DNA of 63,673 nucleotides, filler included, from Octopus bimaculoides (taxonomy: Eukaryota), in NCBI RefSeq assembly GCF_001194135.2. It is 11 parts of 11 records of this genome, joined end to end, with 100 filler letters (N's around TTAATTAATTAA, not from the genome) between each part and the next. Parts side by side here need not be neighbours in the genome. Positions count along the whole stretch, not along the records: positions 1 to 8,543 come from NC_068983.1; positions 8,644 to 14,728 come from NC_068985.1; 9 more parts are not named here. The stretch is one strand, 5' to 3'. The notes beneath the pieces are model-generated. The model made no database searches. It had not been told where the DNA came from and saw nothing but the letters and a program-made list of their open reading frames with translations. A program made the translations under genes and the position numbers. Each line of letters starts with the position of its first letter. Within the stretch, counting starts at the first letter, position 1. Positions 1-10,372 of the stretch are shown in pieces.

Positions 1-2
1 GA

Positions 3-200
3 AGACTTTTGGTTAATAATATGACAGAATTAAGGCAAGATAAAAAAATGAAAGTCGTCTATATATAAGGCATTCTACCTAAACTACGTCTTTAAGATAT
101 GATTTGTTAGTAGTAACGCTAAAAGGAAACTATTTCCTAAGGAACTCAAGAGAAGGATAAAAAGAGCAGATAGAGAGGAATAAAGACAAAAAGGAAAGTA
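3..200 (+). mobile_element. Possible highly degenerate LINE ORF1 (SGNH esterase-like) remnant
   Basis: Frame 3 reads RLLVNNMTELRQDKKMKVVYI*GILPKLR, loosely like the L..L....K.V.I.GILP segment of esterase-type LINE ORF1s; multiple stops. Confidence 0.2.
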
Positions 201-727
201 AAGATTGAATGTAAAGGTGAATCAAGACTAAAGTTGGAGTTGAAAAAAAAGGCACTTACCCAGGCAGTGGTCAAGTAAATAATGGCCTTTTTGTATTGAA
301 AGAATTCTGAAGGGGCTTTATTTTTAGACTGGAGTCAAACGGTGGAATCTATTCAACCATGTTTTAAGTCTTTAGCAACACCAATTACAATGAATTTGGC
401 AGTGGTACTAAAAGATGGAGAGAAGTATTGACAGACAGAAACTGGGTGGGAGCTGTCTTCAATAATTCAAGTAATGCTATACATTCAAAATTAACCATAC
501 ATGCTGGTTTTGTTGTTGTTATTGTTGCTGCTACTGTTGTTATTGTCACTTACTTTTTTGTATTTTGACGCTACTTGCCTTCAGAACTCCCTAGGGAATT
601 TTACGCTAGCTTCATCACTTTTATTTATTTATATATTTATTTTTTTCTTAGTTTTGAAACGAGATCGAACTTCAGCATTTTATACCGATAGATTTTAGAC
701 ACTTTTTTTCTGCAACTGGTAAGATTA

Positions 728-817
728 TGTAGGGGGTGCAAATTTTGATCTTGCACTCCCTGAAAATTCTAGGGGGTGCGGGTGCACCCGCTGCACCCCC
801 TGTTCCCAGGCCCTTGG
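728..817 (-). mobile_element. hAT-type MITE terminus
   Basis: GC-rich island with palindromic GGGGGTGCGGGTGCACCCGCTGCACCCCC and a minus-strand end resembling CAGGGCC...GAACAGGGGGTGCA, typical of non-autonomous hAT ends; other end not found. Confidence 0.35.
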
Positions 818-1885
818 TCTGTAAATATTTACATACAATGTCTTTAGCAATAGTGGTAATGTTATGTTTATATTCAGTTCTTCAATGACCAGTGGGATAG
901 AAAGTATCTGTAACAGGAAGATCATGTGGCAAAAAGTAATGCCTCAGTTATATCTTTGTCCAACCTGTGCCGATATGGAAAAATGGACTTAAAACGAATG
1001 AATGATTGAAAGTTATGGAATAGTAACCTTATTTTTACTGAAGAACATATTTTTGATTGTATGATATTGAAAAAAGAGCTATATCTACTGGCCCTGTTAA
1101 TGTGGGTTCAGTACTGCATGCCTGACAACCATTGATTGATAACAATGCCAGTTAATAAGCTCCTCTTTGTTAACTACCTCTTTAGAGTAACACTTGTTAA
1201 TATACCATCAGTCTGTGGCTGATTGGTCTGGATGAGGACAACTGTGTGAAGAAGTGCTGAACTCTATTGGCGGAGGCAACCAGTCTGAGGATAAAACTCA
1301 ATCACTGATGATATCAAACTGCTCATCTGTTTTTATGTCTGTACCACTTGCATGTCATGAATATAATGAGATATTCACTACACGTGAAAAATGTTATTTT
1401 AATAATATATTTATTTTTATCTTCCTTGTAATGAACAAGAAAAAAAAAAATACAAGAGGCATTGAAATGATTCGAGCTACACCATTGGTCAAGGAGGGAG
1501 ATTTGGCTTTTATTTCTAGCGGGTCACTCAACCTCAGAAGTTCTGTAATTATAATTGGTGAATGAATGTCTAATATGAGTGTAACAAAGCAAAAGTAAAG
1601 ATCAATAAGAGGAAGTGTGAAAACAGTGGCATTGCTTGTCAAATGAAAAGCAAATTAATTCACTGTAGTTGCAAAACTGGACAGGCACTGAATTTACTTT
1701 CACCCCTAATATTTCTTACATACTAACCAATGTTAGAATATTTAAAAAAAAAAAAGAATATTGACTTAGGAAACTAAAAAGAAAAGCTATTTTACATTAG
1801 AATATTGTCATGAAGATTGTAGAATTAGAGAAGAAAAAAAATTAGAAAACACTGAAAAGATTGTTGTTATTTTGCTCTTTTACAG

Positions 1886-2006
1886 GAACTGGTAAAACTC
1901 NNNNNNNNNNTAGACGTCCTGTGTTGTTCATTGTTGACAAAGTACTGTTGGCTTTGCAGCAATTCAATTATATTCAAAATGAGTTGAAAGATCAGAAATT
2001 TTCCAG
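1886..2006 (+). CDS. Internal exon of an SF2 DExD/H helicase (RIG-I/MDA5/Dicer-helicase-like), motifs I and Ia
   Basis: Acceptor TTTTACAG ending at 1885, donor GTTTGT at 2007; translation (G)TGKT-[10 N gap]-RRPVLFIVDKVLLALQQFNYIQNELKDQKFS gives Walker A plus a motif Ia like V.F.V....L..QQ; ends in phase 2. Confidence 0.8.
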
Positions 2007-3120
2007 GTTTGTCTTTGCCTTTTTTTTTTTTGTTTCTGTTAGTTGTGTATCCATTTATCTGCAAATACTTTGGATATTTGTATATTACTGTTTTCTTTAC
2101 TAGCTGATGTATTTCCTACTGCTAACTACTTAAACATGAAATACAAATGGAACTTGTGTCCATGAGGCAAACAAGAAATACCAGAGTTATCAGGTCATTA
2201 AGAATAAAATGTCCAATTTTCTTATGCACCAAGTTTGACAGTTAACTCCAATGTTTTATCCTAACAATTTTTTGTTTTGCAACATTGAAGAGTTACATCA
2301 TCACTTTTCGAAATGTAATTCATTGTGTCTGAGTTTTCTCTTGTAAATCAATTTTTGTGAATTCATGAATTTGTATTGAGTTATGTTGTGGAACCAATGC
2401 ATCCCAGATAGTTAAAACATCAAGGAAGTGTTTGATGAAGATGTGGCGAATGAACACACTATATGTCGATGATTTGAGAAGTTCCAGTCTGGTGACATTA
2501 CTCTTAAAAATCAGCCTTGTGGTAGATCTAAGACCAAGGTGGATAATGATGAGCTGGAAACTGTAATTGAAGCAGATACATTTCAAATTACATGTGAATT
2601 AGCAGCAAAGTTTGATGTTTTGATTCCAACTGTATTGGACCATCTGAAACAAATTGGCAAGATAAAGAAGCTGGACAAGTGGGTACCACATGAACTGAAC
2701 GAGGGTCAAATGACACGTTGTCTTGAAACTTGCTGTTCTTTGTTGTCATGGCATAAAAGCGAACTGTTTTTGCATTGTATTGTTAAGTGTAATGAAAAAT
2801 TGATTCTTTACAACAATAGCAAGCATTCTGCATGGTGGTTGGATGGAAATGAAGTGCCAAAACACAATCCCCAAAAAAGCAAGTCAATTACAGCAGATAT
2901 ATACATCAACCAATTGGATTAAATGATGAGTGAACTTGTAATTAAACAGCTGAGATTGGTCAATAGAGACAAACCAGTTCTCTTGCAAGACAATGCTTGA
3001 CCATATGTTGCATAAAGAATGCTACTCCAGTTACAAGAACTGAACTTTTAAGTACACTGTCATTCACCATATTCACCAGACCTTGCACCAACTGACTATC
3101 ATGTTTTCCAGGCATTAGAC

Positions 3121-5429
3121 CAGTGGTTCCCAACCATTTTCAGCCCAGGGACCATTTTTTACTTGAAAAACTTTCTAGGGACCACTTCTACTTTTATTTT
3201 ATGCTGTTCTATTTTCACACTAAAATACTTATGAAAAGATGAAATAGTCTATTTACACTTTAAATTTTATTTTAGCAAACATAAGATAAAATTTTAAATT
3301 TATTTTAGTAAACAAAGATAAACACAAGAAATCAAAATCATTTTTCATAAAGTCGGTCATGTTTAGTCCATTCAGCTCGTGACTAGCTTGATATTGGTGT
3401 TTCTGACACAAGATATCATAATCAATTTTAATGAAATCATTTAGTCTTAGTCTGATAGTTCCTCTGCTGCTGACATCTAATTTATTTCTTTTTCTACAAC
3501 AGTTGAAAATGCAGATTCCACCATCCATGTAATAGGGAAAGAAATGATGCTTGCTTCTACATGTTGAAAAATATTTGGGTGTGATTCCTTTATAGATATG
3601 TAGGCAAAGCCACCTTCTTTTTCAACTCTTCTTCTCAGTTTCATATACTCTTTCAAATCCAACAACATTTCAGCCAACTCAAAATTTTCATCTCCTGGCT
3701 CATAATTTTCTAGGTCTATAAACCAGAGTGGATAATCCATCTTTAATAAATCATTGTATCTTCTCTCAGTCTACATGAAGACCTTCACAATGGGCAATGA
3801 TTGCAGCAGTGCATTCTGATGTAGGAACTGCGGTGTTAAAATTTTGAAATGATGCCAAATTTTTTTTTTAAACTGTTTTTTCCCAAAATTTTAATTTCCC
3901 TATATACCCTTTGATAAAAGTGTATCTTCTGAGAATGGGTGACCAAATCTGATTTTCTACCTTGCAGATTCACTGTTTTAAAAATATCACTCATGTAAAA
4001 TATTTTTGATTTAAACTCAGAAAGTCTTTCCAAAATTTTCTTAGTGTTGTAATGAGTCATCTGACTCTTGAACATGAGAAAGTTGATTAATGGTTCCCAC
4101 AAATTCACTAGTCTTTCAAGGCTCAGGCCTTTTGACAACCATCTTCAGTGTGAAGCAATAGGGTTTTAAAATCTTCATCTTCACAGAATTGCATAAAAAA
4201 ATCTGTTATTCACTGAGTTTGATTTGACAAAGTTGATTGCATGTATGGCAGTGTTGAGTGCTTCTTCCATGTGTCCTCCAATATTCTTAGCAACCAAATG
4301 CTGTCTGGATAATGTAATCATCATCATCGTTTAACGTCCGCTTTCCATGCTAGCATGGGTTGGACGATTTGACTGAGGACTGGTGAAACCGGATGGCAAC
4401 ACCAGGCTGGAGCAACTGATTTCATTCTAGAAACAAAGCCTTTCAGTTTTCCAGTTATGGCTGCAGCTCCATCTGATGTAATGTTGATCAAATTAGTCAA
4501 TGAAATATTTTTATTAAAATACAGCGTTACTTCATTGAATATATCTTCTCCATTAGTAGTTTCAGACAAACTTTTAATGAATAACATTACCCTTATATCA
4601 TCTTCATAGATGAATCTGACATAGACCAGAAGGTTAGTTTGGTTATGAATTGTGCTATCATCAACCTGGATAGAAAAATTTGTCTTTTGGAGAATTTCCA
4701 CAATCTTCTCAACAAAATTTGACATTTCATCCTGTCTTCTTGTAATTGTGTTATTTTAGAGTAGATGCAGCATCTTTTCCCAGAACCTCATTTGCACAAG
4801 CTATCATAGCAGGGTTGACAAGTTTCTCACCATAAATCTGGGGTGCTGCAACCTTGTCAATAATTTCAGAGACCAAATAACTTGTTTTGAGTGTCTTTAC
4901 TTTTTCAGTATTTGCTTGAAAGTCGAGTAGTTTGATTGGCTGTATTTTCCTTTTATTCTCAAAATATTCCCTACCTTTACCAACAGATGAGGGATGTCTT
5001 AATTTCTGGTGCTGTTCCAGCTTAACTTTCTTCAAGGAATGATTTGTCGTGATGGCATCACATTCAAGACACATAGGTTTTGAGTCTACAGATACAAAAC
5101 CAGATATGATAAAATCTTCTTTGTAGTTCCTCAGTTTTGCCTTTTTAGCAGTTGGTTCACACATTATTACAACTGATCTTAAAAAAAATAAAAATAATAA
5201 ATACTTTATTTCTATAAATTAAAAGTATCAAATTTATTATTAAACAATATTGTGTAGTGATCTAGTAAAAATATCAAATTTATTATGAAACTGTTGTGAT
5301 TGTAAAATTTAAATTATGTAATTCTTGATTGTAATATATTATTGATTATATATTATACATTATTGATTCTCATGGAATAATTATCGAATTTTGTTTTCTT
5401 CTTATTATTCTGTCTTCATATAAATTATT
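3121..5429 (-). mobile_element. Defective hAT transposon, Buster/Charlie (ZBED5/SCAND3-like) transposase
   Basis: Terminus CAGTGGTTCCCAACC at 3121; minus-strand fragments: BED-like KPMCLEC...KLEQHQKLRHP (4751-5164), SIQVDDST and ITSDGAAA (4324-4725), RWLSKG, C-terminal FPITWMVESAFS...RNKLDV...QASH (3253-3740); other terminus falls in the gap 5430-5495. Confidence 0.9.
4317..4408 (-). mobile_element. 5'-truncated RTE-type retroposon 3' tail with (GAT)n end, inserted in the hAT
   Basis: Nearly identical to the copy at 8385-8475 (one substitution seen); interrupts the hAT frame between VAP and the CIIH motif. Confidence 0.8.
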
Positions 5430-5699
5430 NNNNNNNNNNNNNNNNNNNNNNNNNNNNNNNNNNNNNNNNNNNNNNNNNNNNNNNNNNNNNNNNNNTGATT
5501 TCATCACCTTTTGCTCTCCAGAATTCTTCACTGTCAGCAGAAAGAAGCTAGTGATAAAATGGCAAAATTGTATTGATAATTTAGGTGCATACTTTGATTA
5601 ACTGCATTGCTTTTTGTTGAGATAAAGTAAAATAAACTTTCAGTTCCAAATCACACATTTCATTCTTAATGACCTGATAATATTGAGTAGAAAATTTGG

Positions 5700-5895
5700 T
5701 GCAAGGTCAGTAATTTTATGAGGTAAGAGTTAAGTCTATTACATCGACCCTACTGCTCAACTGGTACTTATTTAATAAGCCCTGAAAGGATGTAAGGCAA
5801 AGTTGACCTAGCAGAATTTGAAGTCAGGACATAAGGATGAATGAAATGCCACTAAACATTTTGCCTGGTGTGCTAATAATTCTGCCAGCTTGCCA
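5700..5895 (-). mobile_element. SINE family B copy (core GCCTTTCATCCTTTCGGGGTCGATAAA), CpG-decayed
   Basis: Reverse complement aligns by eye to the intact copy at 48938-49165. Confidence 0.65.
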
Positions 5896-6536
5896 CCCTA
5901 CCAGAGTTAATATTAACAGCTGTTATAAAAAGGTTTTAAATTTTGATCATTGGATTTGGCATCTGAGATATTCAGTTTCTGTTTTCCTATACCAACAAAT
6001 GTACAGTATTGTACAGTTACCTTGTGATTATTTTTTTTTACTGCTTTGACAAGTATGATGAACATTATGATTTGCTGATGAGGTCAGAATAATACTAAAA
6101 CCCATCCAGAGTTGTTTTCCATATTTGCCTGGAAGAATGAAAATAACATTAGTTATAGACTAATATAGTTTTTCAACACAGGTATTCCTTCCTCCTGCAT
6201 TAAATATGTTAACACTAACATAGCTATTTGATTTGGAGACCAGTACTTTAATTTCACAATCATTGTTAATTATTTAACAGCTTCACACAACATCAGTTCT
6301 AACATCAACCCACAGCTTGCATTTCTATTTTGCAAATTCGGTTGTATCCAACAGAGGGGACAACACCTGTTATACATCTGAAACAACAGCGCATCTACCA
6401 TGTTCATCATTCTCTGGTGGTCATCATTGAGCCAATCATTATGTCACTGCCTGGCTTGCTAGAAATAAGAGCAGAATCTCCATATTTATACTTTGTTATC
6501 TTAAAAGATAAGAGCACATTGGATAATGTAATCATA

Positions 6537-6875
6537 GCATGGCTGTGTAGTAAGAAGTTTGCTTCCTAACTACATGGTTCTGGATTCAGTTCCATTGTGT
6601 GGCACCTTGTGCAAGTGTCTTCTATTATAGCCTCAGGCCGACCAAAACCAAAGAAGCCTGTTGTGTATATGTGCGTGTGTCTGTTTGTTCCCCCATCACT
6701 GCTTGATAATTAGTGTTGGTGTTGACATCGTAACTTAGAGATTTGACAGACTGGTAGAAGAAGTACTAGGCTTTTAAAAAAAGTCCTGGGGTCGTTTTAC
6801 TCAACTAAAACCCTTCAAGGTGGTGCTCTAGCATGGCTGCAGTCAAGTGAGTGAAACAAGTAAAATAAAAGAATA
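6537..6875 (+). mobile_element. SINE family A copy (tRNA-derived head; core CTATAGCCTCGGGCCGACC; tail CAGCATGGCCGCAGTC), CpG-decayed
   Basis: Colinear with the copies at 20947-21281 and 49222-49575; a partial head also lies at ~7818-7915. Confidence 0.75.
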
Positions 6876-7189
6876 CCTGAATAAAATACTGGGTGCTTAT
6901 AGCTGGAACATCTCTGAATATAGATCATCAGCTGGAGCAAGTCTGACCTAGGCTTCCTAACAAGTGATTGTCAACAATACTTCTAGCACCCACTTGTGAG
7001 CAGGAAGTGGTGTGCCACTCTTGGTATTCTTTGGCACTCCTGGTATTGTTGTACAAGGTTATTACAATAGCATTTAATAATTCAAACTGTTACAGCTGAA
7101 TAAATGAGAACTAATATGTTGTATTGGGAACATACTGAAATATATTTGGATGTGATGAAAGTAGTAAAAGTAACAAGTGAAGTGGCAGA

Positions 7190-7350
7190 GTGGTGGTGGT
7201 GGTGGTAGTAGTAGTAGTGTTAATAGTGACAGTCATGGAGGTAGCAACTGTAGTGGTGATAGTAGTAGTGGTAATAGTGACAGTTATGGAGGTAGTAAAG
7301 TAGTAGTTATAGTACTACGTGGTAGTTGGTGGTAGCAGCTACTTTTGATG
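7190..7350. repeat. (GGT)n/(AGT)n low-complexity tract
   Basis: Direct reading. Confidence 0.85.
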
Positions 7351-7538
7351 GTGTTATTGTTTTTAATTAACATTTTGTTATTATTGAAAGTTTATCTTAG
7401 GTTTTTTTAAATTATAAGAATGCAAATGTATTTGATTGAATTAAAAAATTAACTATACAATTTTTGCTATTTAATACTTCCATAAACTTCTTAACAAATA
7501 AATGCAATTCATAAAAAAAATGTTTTTTGTCTTTATAG

Positions 7539-7663
7539 ATTTGATACAACAAATATTGAAAATATTATTGAAAGGAACCTAAAGATAATTTGTGTCTATG
7601 GTGGTCATCCTGGGTCTGCTAAGGAACCTTTATCAATGCATGATGTTATTATCAGTACAGCAG
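7539..7663 (+). CDS. Next internal exon of the SF2 helicase (motif Ib region)
   Basis: Acceptor TTTTTTGTCTTTATAG ending at 7538, donor GTCAGT at 7664; AG|A completes an Arg codon with the previous exon; reads FDTTNIENIIERNLKIICVYGGHPGSAKEPLSMHDVIISTA, with GG and a DVIIST motif Ib. Confidence 0.8.
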
Positions 7664-8244
7664 GTCAGTTCTTTCAAGTTTCCTTTTATAAATATTCCAT
7701 GTAATTTGTAAAATAAGAGATATTCTTCTTCTGCATTTTCTAAATGCACCACTAACAACTATTTTGTAATAGTGATCTTGAAATGGCAATGGGGAATTCA
7801 ACATTACTGATTAGTCTGGGAGAAGCTAGTGGATGAATTGGTGTGTATATGGCTGTGTGGTCAAGAAGTTTGCTTTGTAAATAAGTGGTCTTGGACAAGT
7901 GTCTTCTATCATAGCAATCAGTTGACCAGTGTTATGATAGAATTAGAATTAAAATTAAAATTAACCTTGAGGTACCACAAGGTCAGCCTAACAACTTATC
8001 ACCTCATCTAATACCACCCTTCTTATTAAACTATTCCTTCTCATTGTTACCTTTGCAAATTCCTCTAATCCACCACATCCCCATCTTCCTTATAGCTTCC
8101 CCATCCTCACAAGTGGCATTCTTTCCCTTCACTCATTTCTCCTCTTCAACCAAAAGCACACAATACTACCCCACTCAATTAGATACTAACCTATCAACTT
8201 CTCCCTCCCTCTATTCAATTTCATACACCTCTGCATATCTCAGT

Positions 8245-8380
8245 ACTCGGTCATGCACTCTGATGTTGCAAATCCAATGAAGCATACTACCTTCATTCCT
8301 CTCCAGTCTATGCATGCCCTCCACAGTTAGAACCCATGTCTCATTACCATGTAGCATAGCTGTTCTTGTCTCACTACCAT
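8245..8380 (-). mobile_element. RTE-clade LINE ORF fragment (post-RT region)
   Basis: Minus strand reads RTAMLHGNETWVLTVEGMHRLERNEGSMLHWICNI, matching the R..MLYGSETW......RL...E..MLRW pattern. Confidence 0.7.
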
Positions 8381-8384
8381 GTAT

Positions 8385-8529
8385 GTATCATCATCGTTTA
8401 ATGTCCGCTTTCCATGCTAGCATGGGTTGGACGATTTGACTGAGGACTGGTGAAACCGGATGGCAACACCAGGCTCCAGTCTGATTTGGCAGAGTTTCTA
8501 CAGCTGGATGCCCTTCCTAACGCCAACCA
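8385..8529 (-). mobile_element. RTE-type retroposon 3' tail
   Basis: Minus strand TGGTTGGCGTTAGGAAGGGCATCCAGCTGTAGAAAC...AAACGATGATG; same family as 4317-4408. Confidence 0.75.
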
Positions 8530-8643
8530 TATATATATATATANNNNNNNNNNNNNNNNNNNNNNNNNNNNNNNNNNNNNNNNNNNNTTAATTAATTAAN
8601 NNNNNNNNNNNNNNNNNNNNNNNNNNNNNNNNNNNNNNNNNNN

Positions 8644-8992
8644 AGGTGCCCTGGGAATGACAGCGAAACGGGCTGATTACTACCTAGATCAGATTCCAGG
8701 AAACCCCAAAATGGCTGAAGTTCAAAAGATAGTGCTCATGGGAACTGCCCATATCCTACGTAAAATACTGTCTATGTGATCTCAAATTTTAAAGCAAACA
8801 CATAATTTTCTTATGATTTCTTAAACATTCACTTGAACAAAACTGTACAAATCCAAATATATGGTACCCTAGGCATAACACCTACATGAACTTCTAACTT
8901 GTTGTCTCTTGAGGTCTCTGGGTGAGACTTGGATCCAACTTGTACAAATGCAAAACAAAAGTCAAACATATAATAATAATAATAATAATAAT
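8644..8992 (+). mobile_element. R4/Dong-clade (RLE) non-LTR retrotransposon 3' end with (AAT)n tail
   Basis: GALGMTAKRADYYLDQIPGNPKMAEVQKIVLMGTAHILRKILSM* is the characteristic RLE C-terminus; followed by a 3' UTR and an (AAT)n tail. Confidence 0.8.
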
Positions 8993-9021
8993 AGTTCCTA
9001 CCAAAGGTATAAGGTCTAAAA

Positions 9022-9180
9022 TTTGTGGGGAGAGGATTAGTCGATTAGATTGACCCCAGTGTTTCACTGGTACTTAATTTATCAATCCCAAAAAGGATGA
9101 AAGACAATGTCAACTTTGGCAGAATTTGAACTCAGAACATAAAGATGGGTGAAATGCTGATTCTGCCAGCATGCAGAATT
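9022..9180 (-). mobile_element. SINE family B copy, CpG-decayed
   Basis: Contains GACCCCAGTGTTTCACTGGTACTTAATTTATC...AAGGATGAAAG, the reverse of the family B core. Confidence 0.65.
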
Positions 9181-9423
9181 ATAGTGGTGATGATGAGATA
9201 TTCCTTCCTTCACTGACCCTTTGCTATTTCTAAAACCCTTACTAAATATTTTTATGTTCTAATAGTCCTACTATCACAGTCCTTCCCAAATTACAGTTCC
9301 TCCCTATAATTACAGTTCTTCCATGACATCATTAGTAACACTATACTGACAAGATATAGTACAGAAACTAACAAGAAATAGACAAGAAACTTGTTATACT
9401 GTAGAGAAGCTACTCTCTGTCTA

Positions 9424-9495
<72 letters not shown>

Positions 9496-10180
9496 AATAA
9501 AATTAACATAAGGATATATTACTGATCTCTATTTCATGACTTTTTGAAGGAAGGAAAGTAAATGTGACTTTAAGGTTTCACTCCAACACCACCAGAAACA
9601 GTATGACATACCATCAAGTATGTCCATTGTTATAACCTTCTATACATACCATCTTAACTTCAAAGGGAAAATAAATATTAATAATACACTTCCAAGTGGC
9701 ATTATTTCAGGTTCAATCCCATGACAAGGCAACTATGGAGATATTTGCAAAGTGTAATACAACACTTTGCAAATATCTCCTACGAGTAAAACCACCAATA
9801 GAAGAGAATATGACCAAAGACTGCGTGCACTCCATCCCATGCAGCTGTGGTAGGTTATACACAGGCGAAACATGCTACCCCCTCAAAATAAGGGTAGACA
9901 AACATCGCAAAGCTGTGACACGAGGAGATATTGATAAATCGGGTATAGCTGATCATGTATGGAAAAATGGAGACCACCTCTTCCTGTGGGATGAAGTTAA
10001 AATAATAGACAGAAAACACCACTGGAAAATACGAAAACTGAAACAAGCAGCACGTATGCTAAGACACAACAACCTCCTAAGTAGACCAAGTGCAGATATG
10101 AGCAGCACATGAGAACCAGTATTAAGGAAGGATAGAAAATATTAGATTTATAAGCCCTAAAATTCACTCCATAATTGCTC

Positions 10181-10253
10181 GCGGGCATATAGTGTAATGG
10201 TTAAGAGTGCAGGATACTAACCCCAAGATTCCCAATTCGATTCCAAGCAGTGA
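10181..10253 (+). promoter_or_regulatory. tRNA-like sequence with Pol III A and B boxes inside the Penelope 3' region
   Basis: A-box-like TAGTGTAATGG (10190-10200) and B-box-like AATTCGATTCC (10234-10244) at tRNA spacing; the cloverleaf is imperfect. Confidence 0.55.
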
Positions 10254-10326
10254 ACTGAACAACAATAATAATAATAACATCGAAAAATACCTTAGGAATG
10301 AGAACCCAGGTTCAAAATTTCTGAAA

Positions 10327-10372
10327 GACACCTGATGAAGGCTGGAGGGTATATCAGCCGAAACGTTGTGTT
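10327..10372 (+). ncRNA. Minimal type I hammerhead ribozyme
   Basis: Helix I GACAC/GTGTT, core CTGATGA plus an extra A, helix II GGCTG/CAGCC, GAAA, palindromic ACGT helix III, GUU cleavage triplet; typical of PLE pLTR hammerheads. Confidence 0.75.

Larger units (their letters stand above)
2187..5680 (+). mobile_element. Defective mariner DNA transposon, split by a nested hAT
   Basis: TIRs TTATCAGGTCATTAAGAATAAAATGT (2187-2212) and inverse (5655-5680) with 1 mismatch, TA at 5681-5682; transposase pieces WVPHEL (ORF 2539-2922), DNA*PY, PYSPDLAPTDYHVF (~3065-3110) and C-terminal WQNCIDNLGAYFD* (~5560-5600); stops and an internal deletion. Confidence 0.92.

Noticed and set aside
8588-8599. Regularly recurring TTAATTAATTAA as a CRISPR-like or regulatory repeat
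   Set aside because: It is always centred in 88 Ns, so it is an assembly linker. No repeat-spacer array or cas gene is present anywhere in the window.
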